From the human T2T-CHM13v2.0 reference genome, Homo sapiens: a stretch of 64,000 nucleotides of DNA. The stretch is taken from the NCBI RefSeq assembly GCF_009914755.1, contig NC_060935.1; one strand, written 5' to 3'. The stretch's first letter is position 1. Each line of letters opens with the position of its first letter. The notes beneath the pieces were generated by a model. The model worked only from the letters and a program-made list of their open reading frames with translations, had not been told where the DNA came from and ran no database searches. Both the position numbers and the translations under genes were made by a program. Below are positions 26,380-39,200 of this stretch, in pieces.

Positions 26380-28200
26380 GGCTCCAGCAACTGGAATAAT
26401 GCAACTGTCATCTTATAGAATTAGTGACTTTGTAGGGCATATAATAATGGATATCAGGACTTCAGTTTTTGCACATATGAAGTTTAAGACACATTTTACA
26501 TATCCAAGAAGAGAAGCAGAGTAGAAAATCTGATGGACAAATCAGAATTTCAGGAGGGAAGTTGGGTATAGAGACATATATTTGAGGAGCAGCAACAGAT
26601 AAGTGATATTTAGATTCATGAGTCAACATGAGAACAACGAGATCCAGGAAGAGTAAATGTAGACACAGAGGTCTAACAATTGAGAATTTTAATTGTTTGG
26701 GTGATAAAAGATGACTAGAAAAAGACACTGAAATCAAGAGGCCAGTAAAATAAGAGAGAACCAAGAGTCTCTAATGCCCTATAAGCCAATGGAAGATAGC
26801 ATTACAAGTGCATCAATCAACTGCATCAAATTCTGGTAATATGATAACTAAAATGAGGATTTTGGGGTTTAGTCACAAGTTAAATGCTGACATTTACAGA
26901 AACAATTCTGTGAAGTGGTATGAAGATATTGTAACAAGGACTGGAGAGATTAAAGCCAACAGGGAGGTTTTCATTTTTGTTCCTTAAGATGGGAAATCTT
27001 ATTCCAGTTTGGTAAGCATGGGAAAATGAGGAAAATTAATAATGGAGGAGAGATGGGAGAGTTACTGAAATGAGGTTCTTAAACAAATAAGACAGGACGG
27101 GCCTAGTGCACAAGTGGAGGTATGGACCTCAGAGAAGAGCGCAAACAGTTCTTCCTGTTGAACAGGAGGAAAGGAATGGCAAAGATGCAGGTAGCTGGAT
27201 GGAAATTTGTGGAAGTTATTTCCTTAGCTTATATCTTCTCAGTCAAATAGAATGTAAAGCAAACATCTGGGAATGAGGAGGGAAGAGGAACTGTTGGATT
27301 TTTAAGGAAAGAAGGAAAGAAGTTAACTAATCATGTAGGAGAGTGAACAGACACTGCAATGTAGTTGGGACTGCTGGACAAAACTAAGAGTCTACCAGAG
27401 ATTAGTGGTCATAGTCGTTCACCTGAGAATAATGGTCTCTTGTCTTAAAGTAAGACAGGGCAGGATAGCTGTATGTTGCTTCTCCAGCTATGTTCAGGTG
27501 TGAGGCTTAACTAAGGTGTGGTAAGATAGATGTAATCCAGGTTAGAATTTTGTCAGAGTATATCCAATGATAAAATAGCCAGATAATTGTGGATGAATAC
27601 AGGGAGTTTTTACAATCATGGATCACAAAATCCAAACCATTAAGGAGGAATCAACGTAAGAACACAGATAGAAAACAAAGGACATCAGAAAGGAGGTAGG
27701 GTCAAAAGACTGAAGGCACTGGCAGCATAGAAAATGTGTTAGAATCAGTTGCTCTGAGGAGCAACTTGAAAAGATGACAGGTGATGGTGTAAGTGTGGGG
27801 TGCATGAAATTTTGAGGAATTGCATTTATAGGTAGCAACTAGTCACGAGATGTGACTATGGCAGTGAGTGGTAAATGTAGGGTGGAGGACATGGTTATTG
27901 GGTCAGAGAAAGCCAACAACTGAAATTCTGAGCTAGTGGAAATAATATCTAGATGGGTGTTAACATCACCAATAGTTATGATGGGGGTAATGTTGAAGAG
28001 TAAAACAGTCAACCAAGGACTAAAATCTTCAAGGAATGAGGAGATGATTTTTGAGTATGAAGGTGAGGAGAGCAAAGCTGGTTAGTGGAAATTTTTATGA
28101 AGGTAGGAGGAAGATTGGTTTGAAAGCAGCAATTGTGAGCAGGGAGAGTACATATCCTCCCTCCACGACCAATATTTTGGCTGCAGGGAATGCAATGTCC
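26380..28200 (-). mobile_element. Long L2 relic including ORF2 endonuclease remnant
   Basis: L2-like sequence throughout; minus ORF 27839-28075 reads LEDFSPWLTVLLFNITPIITIGDVNTHLD, matching the APE endonuclease GDFN motif. Confidence 0.75.
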
Positions 28201-28435
28201 CAGGGGAGCATGCATATTACAGATTTAATGACACCAAGACTACTTCATTCACAAGCAATTCCAAGGAAGGGAGAGCCACAGAAGACCAACATGGCAGCCA
28301 GGGCCTTCTGTTATATTGTAGATCTTTACATGTACTTCCTAACTAACTCCTTACCATCAAAGAAGAGTCACTTCAAAATAACATTAACTTTTCTTTTATA
28401 GTCTACCTGCCTTCCCATCTGTCCACCCACCATCG

Positions 28436-28572
28436 CTTTCTTTCTTTCCTTTTTTTCTTTTTTTCCTTCTTTTCTTTCTTCCCTCCCTCCCTTCTTTACT
28501 TCCTTTCTTCCTTCCTTGTTTCTTTCTTTCCCTCTCCCTTTTTCTTCCCTTTTTTCCTCTTTATTTGTCTTT
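28436..28572. repeat. Polypyrimidine (CTTT/CCTT) low-complexity tract
   Basis: About 135 nt that are almost entirely C/T. Confidence 0.9.
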
Positions 28573-29630
28573 TCAAAACTTAAAATCTGGCAATTTTCCA
28601 CTTATTCAGAATGAGCTAAGTCAATGGTCAGGCAATGGTCCACATTTATGAATTCCAATAGGACATCCTAAAACCACCAACCATAATAACATTGCTATGG
28701 TACAAGCAGAAACTTCTCAGCTTGGAATGAGCTCAGTAAGAAGCCGTAACAACTTACATGGCGTTGGTAAAGTTTATTGTTGTGCAAGCAATCCCACTTG
28801 GCACAGGACATCTTGATTTGTGTTAACACTCAAATGCACTAATCTTCCTAATACCCCCTATATTTATATATGACATAAATCAAATCCTGCTCAGAACTAA
28901 GTTGTTGCTGCTTTTTTTTTTCCTGCTACTCTCCTGCTAGGTGTATTTATGTTATGCTGTGTTGCGTTGCTACCCTTGCTGCAAATTTATCTGAGCTTCG
29001 ACTTTTACTGCTGATTTAGCAAACATTTTATATTCTGCAATGAACTGTAAACATTTTTTCTTCTGACAGATCCATTATGACAAGTGTTATAAACTCTTCA
29101 CTGCAGACTGTATCTCTTCTATTGAGCTGCTCTTTATATCAGTTTTACTATGCACAGAAAATGACGCTGGTAATATTGCACCTGTCTGAGTTCGCCTGGG
29201 ATGATCAGTAAGTTCTGCAACATGGAGCATCTATATACTTAGTTTTATTACATCTGTTTCTGACTTATACAACATGTTAGTGGAAATTAAGTTTTAAGAG
29301 TAATCAGATGAGCTGAAAGTAGCCTATGAACCCCAATTTCTTTCCACTTAAAAGTTTGACTGTGTATACACATACCAAACATTTTAAAGTAGCTGATAAA
29401 GTTAGCCATTTCCTATCAGGTCTAAAACATCATAATGGGTCTACATTAAACATAGATTACATCTGAGAATAAATGCTGATCCCAAAGAAGAATAATCATG
29501 CTGTCAAGTCATGCCGTTATTCTTCCTTAGCTTTGGCGTGAGGGACTCTTTTACTTCTCTGTGGCTTTCAATGACTTGGACCATCAAAATTCTACAAAAA
29601 ATTGTGATGGGAACATAAGAAAGGAAACTA

Positions 29631-30012
29631 TGTTTTTACGGGCTGAATTGTGACTCCTTTAAACTCGTATTTTGATGTCTTAAAGCCCAGTTTTTCAAAA
29701 TGTGACTCTATTTAAACGTATTGTCTTTAATGAAGTAATTAAGTTAAACTGAAGCCATTAACATAGCCCTAATACAATATTACTTTATAAAAGAAGAGAT
29801 TAGAATACAAACCCACACAAAGGGAAGTCCATGTGAAAAAACAGGGAAAAGATGGGCATCTACAGGCCAAGGACGGAGGCCTCTGAAGAAACTAATGGTA
29901 CTGACACTTTGGTCTCTGACTTCTAGCATCCAGAATTGTGAAAAAATATTGTTTTTCTCTAAGCCAATCAATATGTGGAACTTTGTTATGGGTGCCCTAG
30001 GAACCTAATACA
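29631..30012 (+). mobile_element. MLT1A-like MaLR LTR
   Basis: gggctgaattgtg...aatgtgact...gacttctagcatccagaattgtga...ctaataca. Confidence 0.8.
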
Positions 30013-30351
30013 TCATATTTATTATGTCTAACTTTTGTAGATATTTTCATATATTATTTAATTTTCAAAATAACCCTCTAATGTTTCTACTACCATCAAT
30101 TCCAGAAGATAGAGAGCTATGGTTAAATTATTTGCTTTTCCAACTCAAAATCTATGCTCCTCCTTCTCTACATGTTATCTGTTTGATATGTTCATTCCTC
30201 CACACCATTGGTGCTATAATGAAAAAATCACCTGCTATAAGCAGGTCTTCAAAGAAGTTTTCCACCTGCCAGTACTCTCCCATCTATGCTGAATGCAGCA
30301 TGTGTTTAGTGAGATTTTACTTTTCAAATATAAGAACTGCCCATTTAAAAA

Positions 30352-30639
<288 letters not shown>

Positions 30640-30971
30640 TTAACATTCACAGAATTACCTCTAAGAACTTAAAACTAGTAATCCATATTTCATTTGAATA
30701 AGGCATTTTGTTTCACAATACTGTGTAATTTGATAGTACTTCTAGAGCTTCACTTATATTTAATTAACTTAAAATGGAAGAAATAGCTGTTGGTTGCCTT
30801 CTGCATTTGGGGCACTACATTTGGAACAAGGGATGCAGAAGTGGATAAAGCAGACATGATTTCTGCCTTCATAGATATTTTATTATAATAAGTACACTGA
30901 ATTTTGGTGGTTTTTTAATGCTTGCTTATGTTTTGCTTTATTATTATTATTATTATTTTTTAAAGCATGCC

Positions 30972-31338
<367 letters not shown>

Positions 31339-31923
31339 TCACAGACTATGTCTTGCTTGTCTTTGTGTCTCCGATGCCTGGCAAAGCTCCTGGCACATAT
31401 TAAGGTCTCAATAAATACTTTTAAATTGAATTGCAATTCCAAATTTATAGCTGATGAAGATGAATGAATATCCTGTTACTTGACAGGAGTTCAAGCAACA
31501 TTTTGAAAACTGCTGATGGCAGCTCAGTCTTTGTGTACAACACCAACTGTTTGGATTGTTCATAAAGCTGCACTAATGGGAAAAGGCAGTCTTAGGACCC
31601 AGATCACCAATTGTTGTCTTCATTTTCTTACTTCTCCCATTCCTATTTTTATGCCATAATGTGATTTTTATGACATGTTTATCATTGATTTTAAAATACA
31701 AATTATAGAAAACATGAATATGTGCAAAGTATAAGATGACTCATTTTTGTCTCATAACCTAGAAATAACCACTGTTACAATTTGTTTATTTATTCTTCTA
31801 CTCTTCTATGCCTATAGTTATCTTCAATATATTCTTTTATGTACTGGAATTACACTCTGCAGGAAGTTATATAACCTGTCTCTTTCATAAGATATTTATT
31901 GAAAATATTGACACATATTGTTA

Positions 31924-32250
<327 letters not shown>

Positions 32251-32306
32251 TTCAAGTATGACTTAATGGCCTTAATGGGTATATGAGTAGTATTTATTTT
32301 ACACTT

Positions 32307-32389
32307 ATTCATTCACTATATATTTACTGCTATCCAGATACTGTGGAAATTCATTCACTGTATATTTACTGCTTTCCAGATACGGTGGC
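32307..32389. repeat. 42-bp-period tandem duplication
   Basis: attcattcact(a/g)tatatttactgct(a/t)tccagatac(t/g)gtgg twice. Confidence 0.85.
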
Positions 32390-32466
32390 AGACTTTAGAG
32401 CTACAAAGATAATAAGGCACAGACTTACTGTTTACTTAAAATTGTAAATAAATAAGTTGTAATTGT

Positions 32467-32926
32467 TTTAACTTAAGTTCAGGGGTACATGTGAAAGTTT
32501 GTTATATAGGTGAACTTATGTCATGAAGGTTTGTTATACAGATTATTTTGTCACCCAGGTATTCAGCCTAGTGCCCATTAGTTATTTTTCCTGATTGTCT
32601 CTCTTCTCCAACCCTCCACCCATATGCACACGTATGTTCACTGTGGCACTATTCACAATAACAAAGACATGGAATCAACCTAAATGCCTATCAATGGTAG
32701 ACTGGGTGAAGAAAATATGGAACACGTATGCCATGGAATACTATGCAGCCATATAAAAGAATGAGGTCATGTCCTTTGCAGGAACACTGATGGAGCTGGA
32801 GGCCATTATCCTTAACAAACTAACACAGAAACAGAAAACCAAATACTGCATGTTCTCACTTATAGGTAGGAGTAAATGATGAGAACACATGGACACACAG
32901 AGGGAAACAACAACAGACAGTGGGAG
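32467..32926 (-). mobile_element. 5'-inverted L1PA insertion (3' part on minus 32467-32620, inverted part on plus 32621-32926), nested in an older L1M 3' end
   Basis: Strand switch at ~32620; flanks aagttgtaattgt and aatttataattgt (11/13). Confidence 0.85.
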
Positions 32927-33219
32927 AATTTATAATTGTATAACTTTATGAGATGTAGAATCATTTATATAAAGTGGAATAATTAAATCAACTAGTTAAC
33001 ACGTCCATCACCTCAAATACTTGCTATTTTATTTTTCTTTTCTTCCACAGGTGTTGATCAAATACTTGTTCTTAAAGGTTATTTTATGATCTTTGCTTAT
33101 TTTCTCTCCACTGCATTGCATTATCCATTATGAATGTATTGCTTTTCTTAATATTAATTCATTTTGTTAACATTATTTATAGAATATAGCTTATGTGCTA
33201 ATTTCTACTCTTTCAGTGC

Positions 33220-33790
33220 ATTTTTTCATTCAAAAATAGGTATTGAGTATCCAATATATGGCACTCTCTATTTTAGGCAATGGTAAGATATCAGTAATTA
33301 ATTAAATAAGTAATTAATTAAATAATTATTCTCTTGGAAGATAACAATGAATAAGACTGTTAATGTTTTTGTCCTCATAAAGTTTATTTACTAGTGGTGG
33401 ACAGAGACATTAAACAGGATAGAGAATGTAGATAGTGTGTTTAGATGTAAGTGGTATGGGAAAAAATGAAGCAGGGTTGGGAGAATATAAGGTTGTGGAG
33501 AGAAATGGTAATATACAAGGCAACCAGGGCTGACTTTAGATATAAGGTAGCTGCTCAGCTGTGACCTGAATGATGTGAAAGGTCAAGTGCTTCAAATAAA
33601 TGGGGAAGGAATTTCAGGTATAGGGAACAGTAAGTACCATAGCCATGAGGCAGGATTATATGCCTTGTTCATTGGAGAAACACTGAGGAGGCCCATGTGC
33701 CTACAGGGGAGAATATGGTAGGGAGAACAATAGGGGAGGAGATTGGATAGGTATCAAAGGATCACAGGGTCTTAGAGCCGAAGGTAGATA
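33220..33790 (-). mobile_element. L2 3' portion
   Basis: cattcaaaaataggtattgagtatc...caggtatagggaacagtaagtacc. Confidence 0.7.
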
Positions 33791-34819
33791 GAATGGTGTC
33801 AGAAACTTCTAGAGTTCTTTGCTAGGTGTCTTTTATTTTCTTGGTGAAACAGAAATTAAAGTCATCATTTTAAAGTGGAGAGCAGAAGAAAAGGTTTTGG
33901 AGACTTAGGAAAAGATGCAGGAAGAAACTAGGCTTTGAAGACAGAAGGATCTTGAATGGATGACTAGGGCTGTGTTGAGGGCTGCAGAAAAGCACTAAGA
34001 TCTCATCTTGGAGGTTCAGCTCCATGTCACAGATCACTTCTTCAGTGGAGCTTTTGTCCCTGCCCTTGTCACTATTCATTGGTTCTTCCTATGTCACCCC
34101 ACAGTTCTTTGTGCATCACTCATTCACAGCACTTCACACACGTTATTGTCCTTAGTCACTTACATGATTTTTCTTTAGATATAATGTAAGCTCTTCAGAG
34201 GTGCAGGCATACTCTATTCACCAGAGCAACCATGGCAGTTTTGAGCCCACAGTAATAATAAATCTCTGTGGAATGACTGTGTTTGATGAATGAATGTTTT
34301 GAATGACTTATGCTTATTTCACGTGTTAAGGCTCTCCAAATCCAACACAAACCATGGATACTAAGTTTTATTACCCAGCTTCATTAGGAAAATTTTGATA
34401 TTTTGTAGAATGATTTTTTAAAATCTAGAATTATACATTTTATAAGCAGCAGCTTTTTTCATGCTTCCAAAAAAAAAGAAGTATTTATGGTGTCAACACA
34501 TAGAAAAAGCCATGAATGTAAGTGAAACTTAAGGACATTAAGTTATTCATTTGGATTTTGTCTGTATAGTTCAAGATATAGAAGAAAAATAACTTTTATC
34601 TCACATGCCAACTCCAGATGGTTGATAGTGACTACATGTTTAGAAGGATTGTAAAGCCCCATTGGCTTCAACATAGAAAAGCGGCATCATCAGTTAGGGA
34701 TAGCTACTCTGTGTGTAGCATTGATGGATGGTGGCATGCCTGCTGTGAAATGCCAAATATGGCTTAAAGTCTTGTCTAGTTTTTGTGAAATCCAAGACAA
34801 TGTTTTATTTTTCAATTAC

Positions 34820-35815
34820 TTAGTTATTCAATACTATTTATTGAAAACTTTTCTGCTTAGCACACTATATTTTGAGAAGACATTGATAAATGGGTCAGAA
34901 TGCTTCATGTCATCTTATAGTTTGTGGATGAGAAGTTAATAAATATAATTATAATACAATATGAGTGGACTTTTAAGGGATCTTTAGGGTGCACTAGGGA
35001 CACATATAATAAAGCACCTGAATCTAAATTGTGAGAGACAAAGTATTTACGTGAACAAGTAACTTCTGATATTTCAGTTTGAGGAAATGAAAAAAAGCCA
35101 GTGAGGCTGGAGTTAGAAGCAAGGAGAGTAGTGAGAAATAATACTTCGGAAATAAGTAAGGTCCAGGTTATAACAGTCTTAAAAACAGGTTAATAAAATT
35201 AGACTTTCTTCTAAGAGCACTGGAGAACCTTTGAAGAGTTTTAATAAGGAGAATGACAAAATTAATTATACATGTTGAAATTACCATTCTACTTACATTA
35301 CGCAAGGTGAATTGTCAGGAGCCAGATCTGGTGATAGGAGGACAAGTAAGCAAGTGTTGCAATGATCAGATAAGAGGTGATGGTGACCTAGAATGAAGTA
35401 ATGTCAAGGAAGATAAAAATAAGTGAATGCAATTGCAGGGTATTTAGCAAATGAAATCAACAAGACTTAGTGCATGATTAGAAGTTAACAATAAAAAAAG
35501 AAGATACACAAACACATCATTTAATGTTTAGCTATCTAAATGAATTAAAAGAACATCAATTGAGAGAGAGGAAATGAAAAGCAGGTTTGAAGGAGACGGA
35601 TTATGATTTCAATTTTGCAGGATGAATTTTTGGTGTTTGTAGAACATTTAAGATGAGACGGTCTCTAGGCCATTAGATATATGGGTTTGTAGCTCAAAAG
35701 CAAGGTATAGATGGGAAGTATATATTTCAGAGTCATAATCATAAACAGTAATTAAAATTATGTATAATGATGAGATGATCCAAGGTAAGGACATAGAATG
35801 AAATAAAAATTGATT
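34820..35815 (-). mobile_element. L2 relic
   Basis: attcaatactatttattg...gagcactggagaacctttgaagagttttaa...gatgagatgatccaagg. Confidence 0.7.
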
Positions 35816-38619
35816 TTTTTGGTAGACATCTGCCTGGTTTCACTAGCCCCACTGAAGTTCCTGATTCTAAAATAGTTCTCTTATGAATTGCTTTTAAATT
35901 TCAAGCCTATGGTTTCTCCTTGGCCTTTGGTCTCTGGCTGCTTTCTTACATCTGGTCCTATTCTTATGTCCATTCATTATCAGCAAGCTTCTGCATTTCC
36001 TGCTTCACTTATAGTTCTTAGGCTACCAAGACAAACGATATTGGTGCTGTCATCTAGTATTTTTAATGAACTATTAGAGTGACCAGCAATGGAAGATTAG
36101 TGCACTCTAATAGTGAACTATTAGAGTGACCAGCAACGGAAGATTAGTCTCTTTCAGAGACTTGATTTGGCCCTCGAATTTTCTGGTAACTCTTAGGCTA
36201 CAGTCCCAGCAAAACTGCTCACGCCAAGGGCAAGAGGTCCTTCATTATCAAATATTTTAGGCATTCTTAATCAATGAATGTATTGACCTATTCTCATTCA
36301 ATATTTATTAGTGTTGACCATTCTCACCAACTTGAAACAACTCCTTTCCTTAATTTTGTGCTGCCACATACACCACAATTTACTACTATGTCCCCAGATA
36401 CTCATCAATTCCTTTATGGTTTCCTCTTCCCTTGCCTGGAACTTAAGTTGATGTTACTCAGGGTGTTTTACAAAATTCATTTTTCTGTAATTCTGTATTA
36501 TTTCTTTGAGTCATCTTATCAATTTGCATATTCGCTTCTCTTTCATTGCTAATCTTTGGTCATGTCCCAAGTTCTGTTGATTTTCCCTAATAAAATACTA
36601 CTTAGTTCCATTCGTTTTTCTTGACATTATCTCATTCTAGCCACCACCACATCTTGTCTTATCATTGTAACATCAGCTAGATTATCTGCCATCTGCAGTG
36701 TATTTGTGATGCTATTCTATCAGCTGGTGACAGGGCTGCTGTGGCACCAAGCATCATATCTACAAATAATGAAAGAAAGTGATGGGGGAAAAGTATCTCC
36801 TCTCTATGGCTCTCTTTTCTCATTGGGAGATTTATTTTTTTTTTTTTTCTCCAGAAGCCTCTAGATGGTTAGCTCTTCTATACTGGTTAGAATTAGGTTT
36901 CACTCCCTCTCATCACAGAAAGAAAGGAATAGAATTCCCACAATTGTCCAATCAATATAATTTATCCTATGAAGGTGGGCATAGATTACTTTTTAAAATA
37001 TCAGGAGTTGGTTACTAATGAAGATGACAAAATTAACTGTAGGACAAGCCACCAACAGCTTCTGTCATGTTGAATAACAGAGAAGCTCAGTTCACGTCAG
37101 AGGCTTTGGTGTTATGTATAATGTATTAGCATATCAAATATTTATACTTCAGCCACTGAGTTTTGCTGTGACTCCTGTTGAAACACTATACAATTCTAAT
37201 CCATCAGTTGGGAACAGGTCACTAAAACTAACTGAATGATATAATGAGAGTATGAGAAAATAAATTTCTATATTAGGTCTGTAAGGCATTGAGAACAGAA
37301 GCTCCTAACTTCATATATACTTCATTAAAATGGTTACATTCTTTTTGCTCCAATTTAATAATATATTAATTAATGAGTAAATAAATTTCAAAAAATAATT
37401 TGGGGGCTTTCCAATTGCTAGTTATATTCTATTTTATATTTTCTCAGAGAGATGATTTTATTAATAAGATGCATCACAAAAACAGCTCAGAAGTGTATTA
37501 TGAGTAATTATATCTCGAGACAACTTGCACTCTGGCATACACAGTCTCTTGCTGCATTAAAGCCCCTTAGCAAAGGATTTCAATGTAATATTAATTTCAT
37601 TTTATTAAGCGCTGGTAGATGTCAAAGAGATTATAGCCAACACTCTTCTTGTTAAATAATAAGTCATATTAAGTTGTGGATAAAGCATGTTTTAACAAGA
37701 CTATACAATATTATTATTATCATTTATCGTGTCCCAGGAAGCTCTCAGCCTGTAGGAAATTAGCTTTAATATCACATTACAACTCCTATACATCCTGCTT
37801 TAATGGGTTTCCAAACAAGAGCAGCCTGTTTTCACTCCTTCAGGATGGCTTAAGGAGTCTGACTGCTCCTGCTGGGCTGGTGTCTATGAAGTGTGAAGTT
37901 TTTAATCTGATCTCTGTTCAGCCTCAAGCATTTAATTTGCAGTTTAGGAATTAGTAGGGGTCTGCTATGCAGTTCAACAAGGGTAAAAGCTGTGAAGATT
38001 TGCCAATACATATTGAAGAAACCTGAGTGAGAAAGAGCAAGCAAATGCACTGGAAGAGACTGCACTGAGGTCTGAAGAACTGAGTCAGCTTCACATTTTC
38101 AGAATTTGAACTCTTCCTGCACTGCCCAGAGACACCACCATACTCTCTTCATGGATGATTGTCAGGTGGGGAATAAATGCAAAGACACATTAATTTTCTA
38201 CAACTCAGGAAAATAAATTCAAGCAAACAAAAAAGCAACTAGACAAAACATAAGCGATTGAAATAAAACCCAAACAATAACAACAGCAAACTGGAGGAAA
38301 AACCACCTAAGTATTTGCCCAAGGATTACAGTTGTGAAGTTTGTCATTAAAGAATGAATACACCTTAGTAATTGTTGCCAGCCCTTACTTTCCGATGCAG
38401 CAAGAAAAGTCAAGTCATCCACCCCAATATCTCCACCAACACATCGTACTAATTTTATCCATAACCCTCTACCTAATCTCTCCCTCCACCTCTGACAGAT
38501 CTAATTTCTACTCACCACCGTAATTCAGACTAAGTACTTACATAATTACCTCTCCTTAGGAGTTTTTCTGACTATTCCAAAACCATACCACCTCATGCTG
38601 TGCACATTTATCATTTATT

Positions 38620-39200
38620 ATAATGATAAAGATATATGCATATATCTTATATATGTATTACATGTATATATTACAATGTAGGTATATATATAAAATCTAT
38701 GTACATAATGCTATATGTACATTATATGTATGTATTATGATGTATGTATATATAAGCAATGTATATATCTCATATCTATATATTATATATTATATAATGC
38801 ATATATTACAAATATATACATATCATATATAATATATGCATATCTTATATATGTATGCTATATATGACATATATGTATACATTTATAATATATACATATA
38901 TAAGATATGCATATATCTTACATATTTGTTATATGTATATATTACAATGCATATATAATCTATGCATATTTATGTTCTGCATTATATATGCATGCATTAT
39001 GCCATAGATAATATCTATATAGACATATATTATATAATATGTATAATATAAGTTATATATCAATATTCCATAGACATGTGTAATACTATATAATATATAA
39101 CATTTTTATAATTATGTATAATTTATACATTTAGTTGCAATATAAATATATCACATGTTTCACATATATAATATATATTAATTTATATTTACATAAGTCT
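38620..39200. repeat. Degenerate (TA)n low-complexity tract
   Basis: About 580 bp of TA-rich sequence. Confidence 0.9.
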
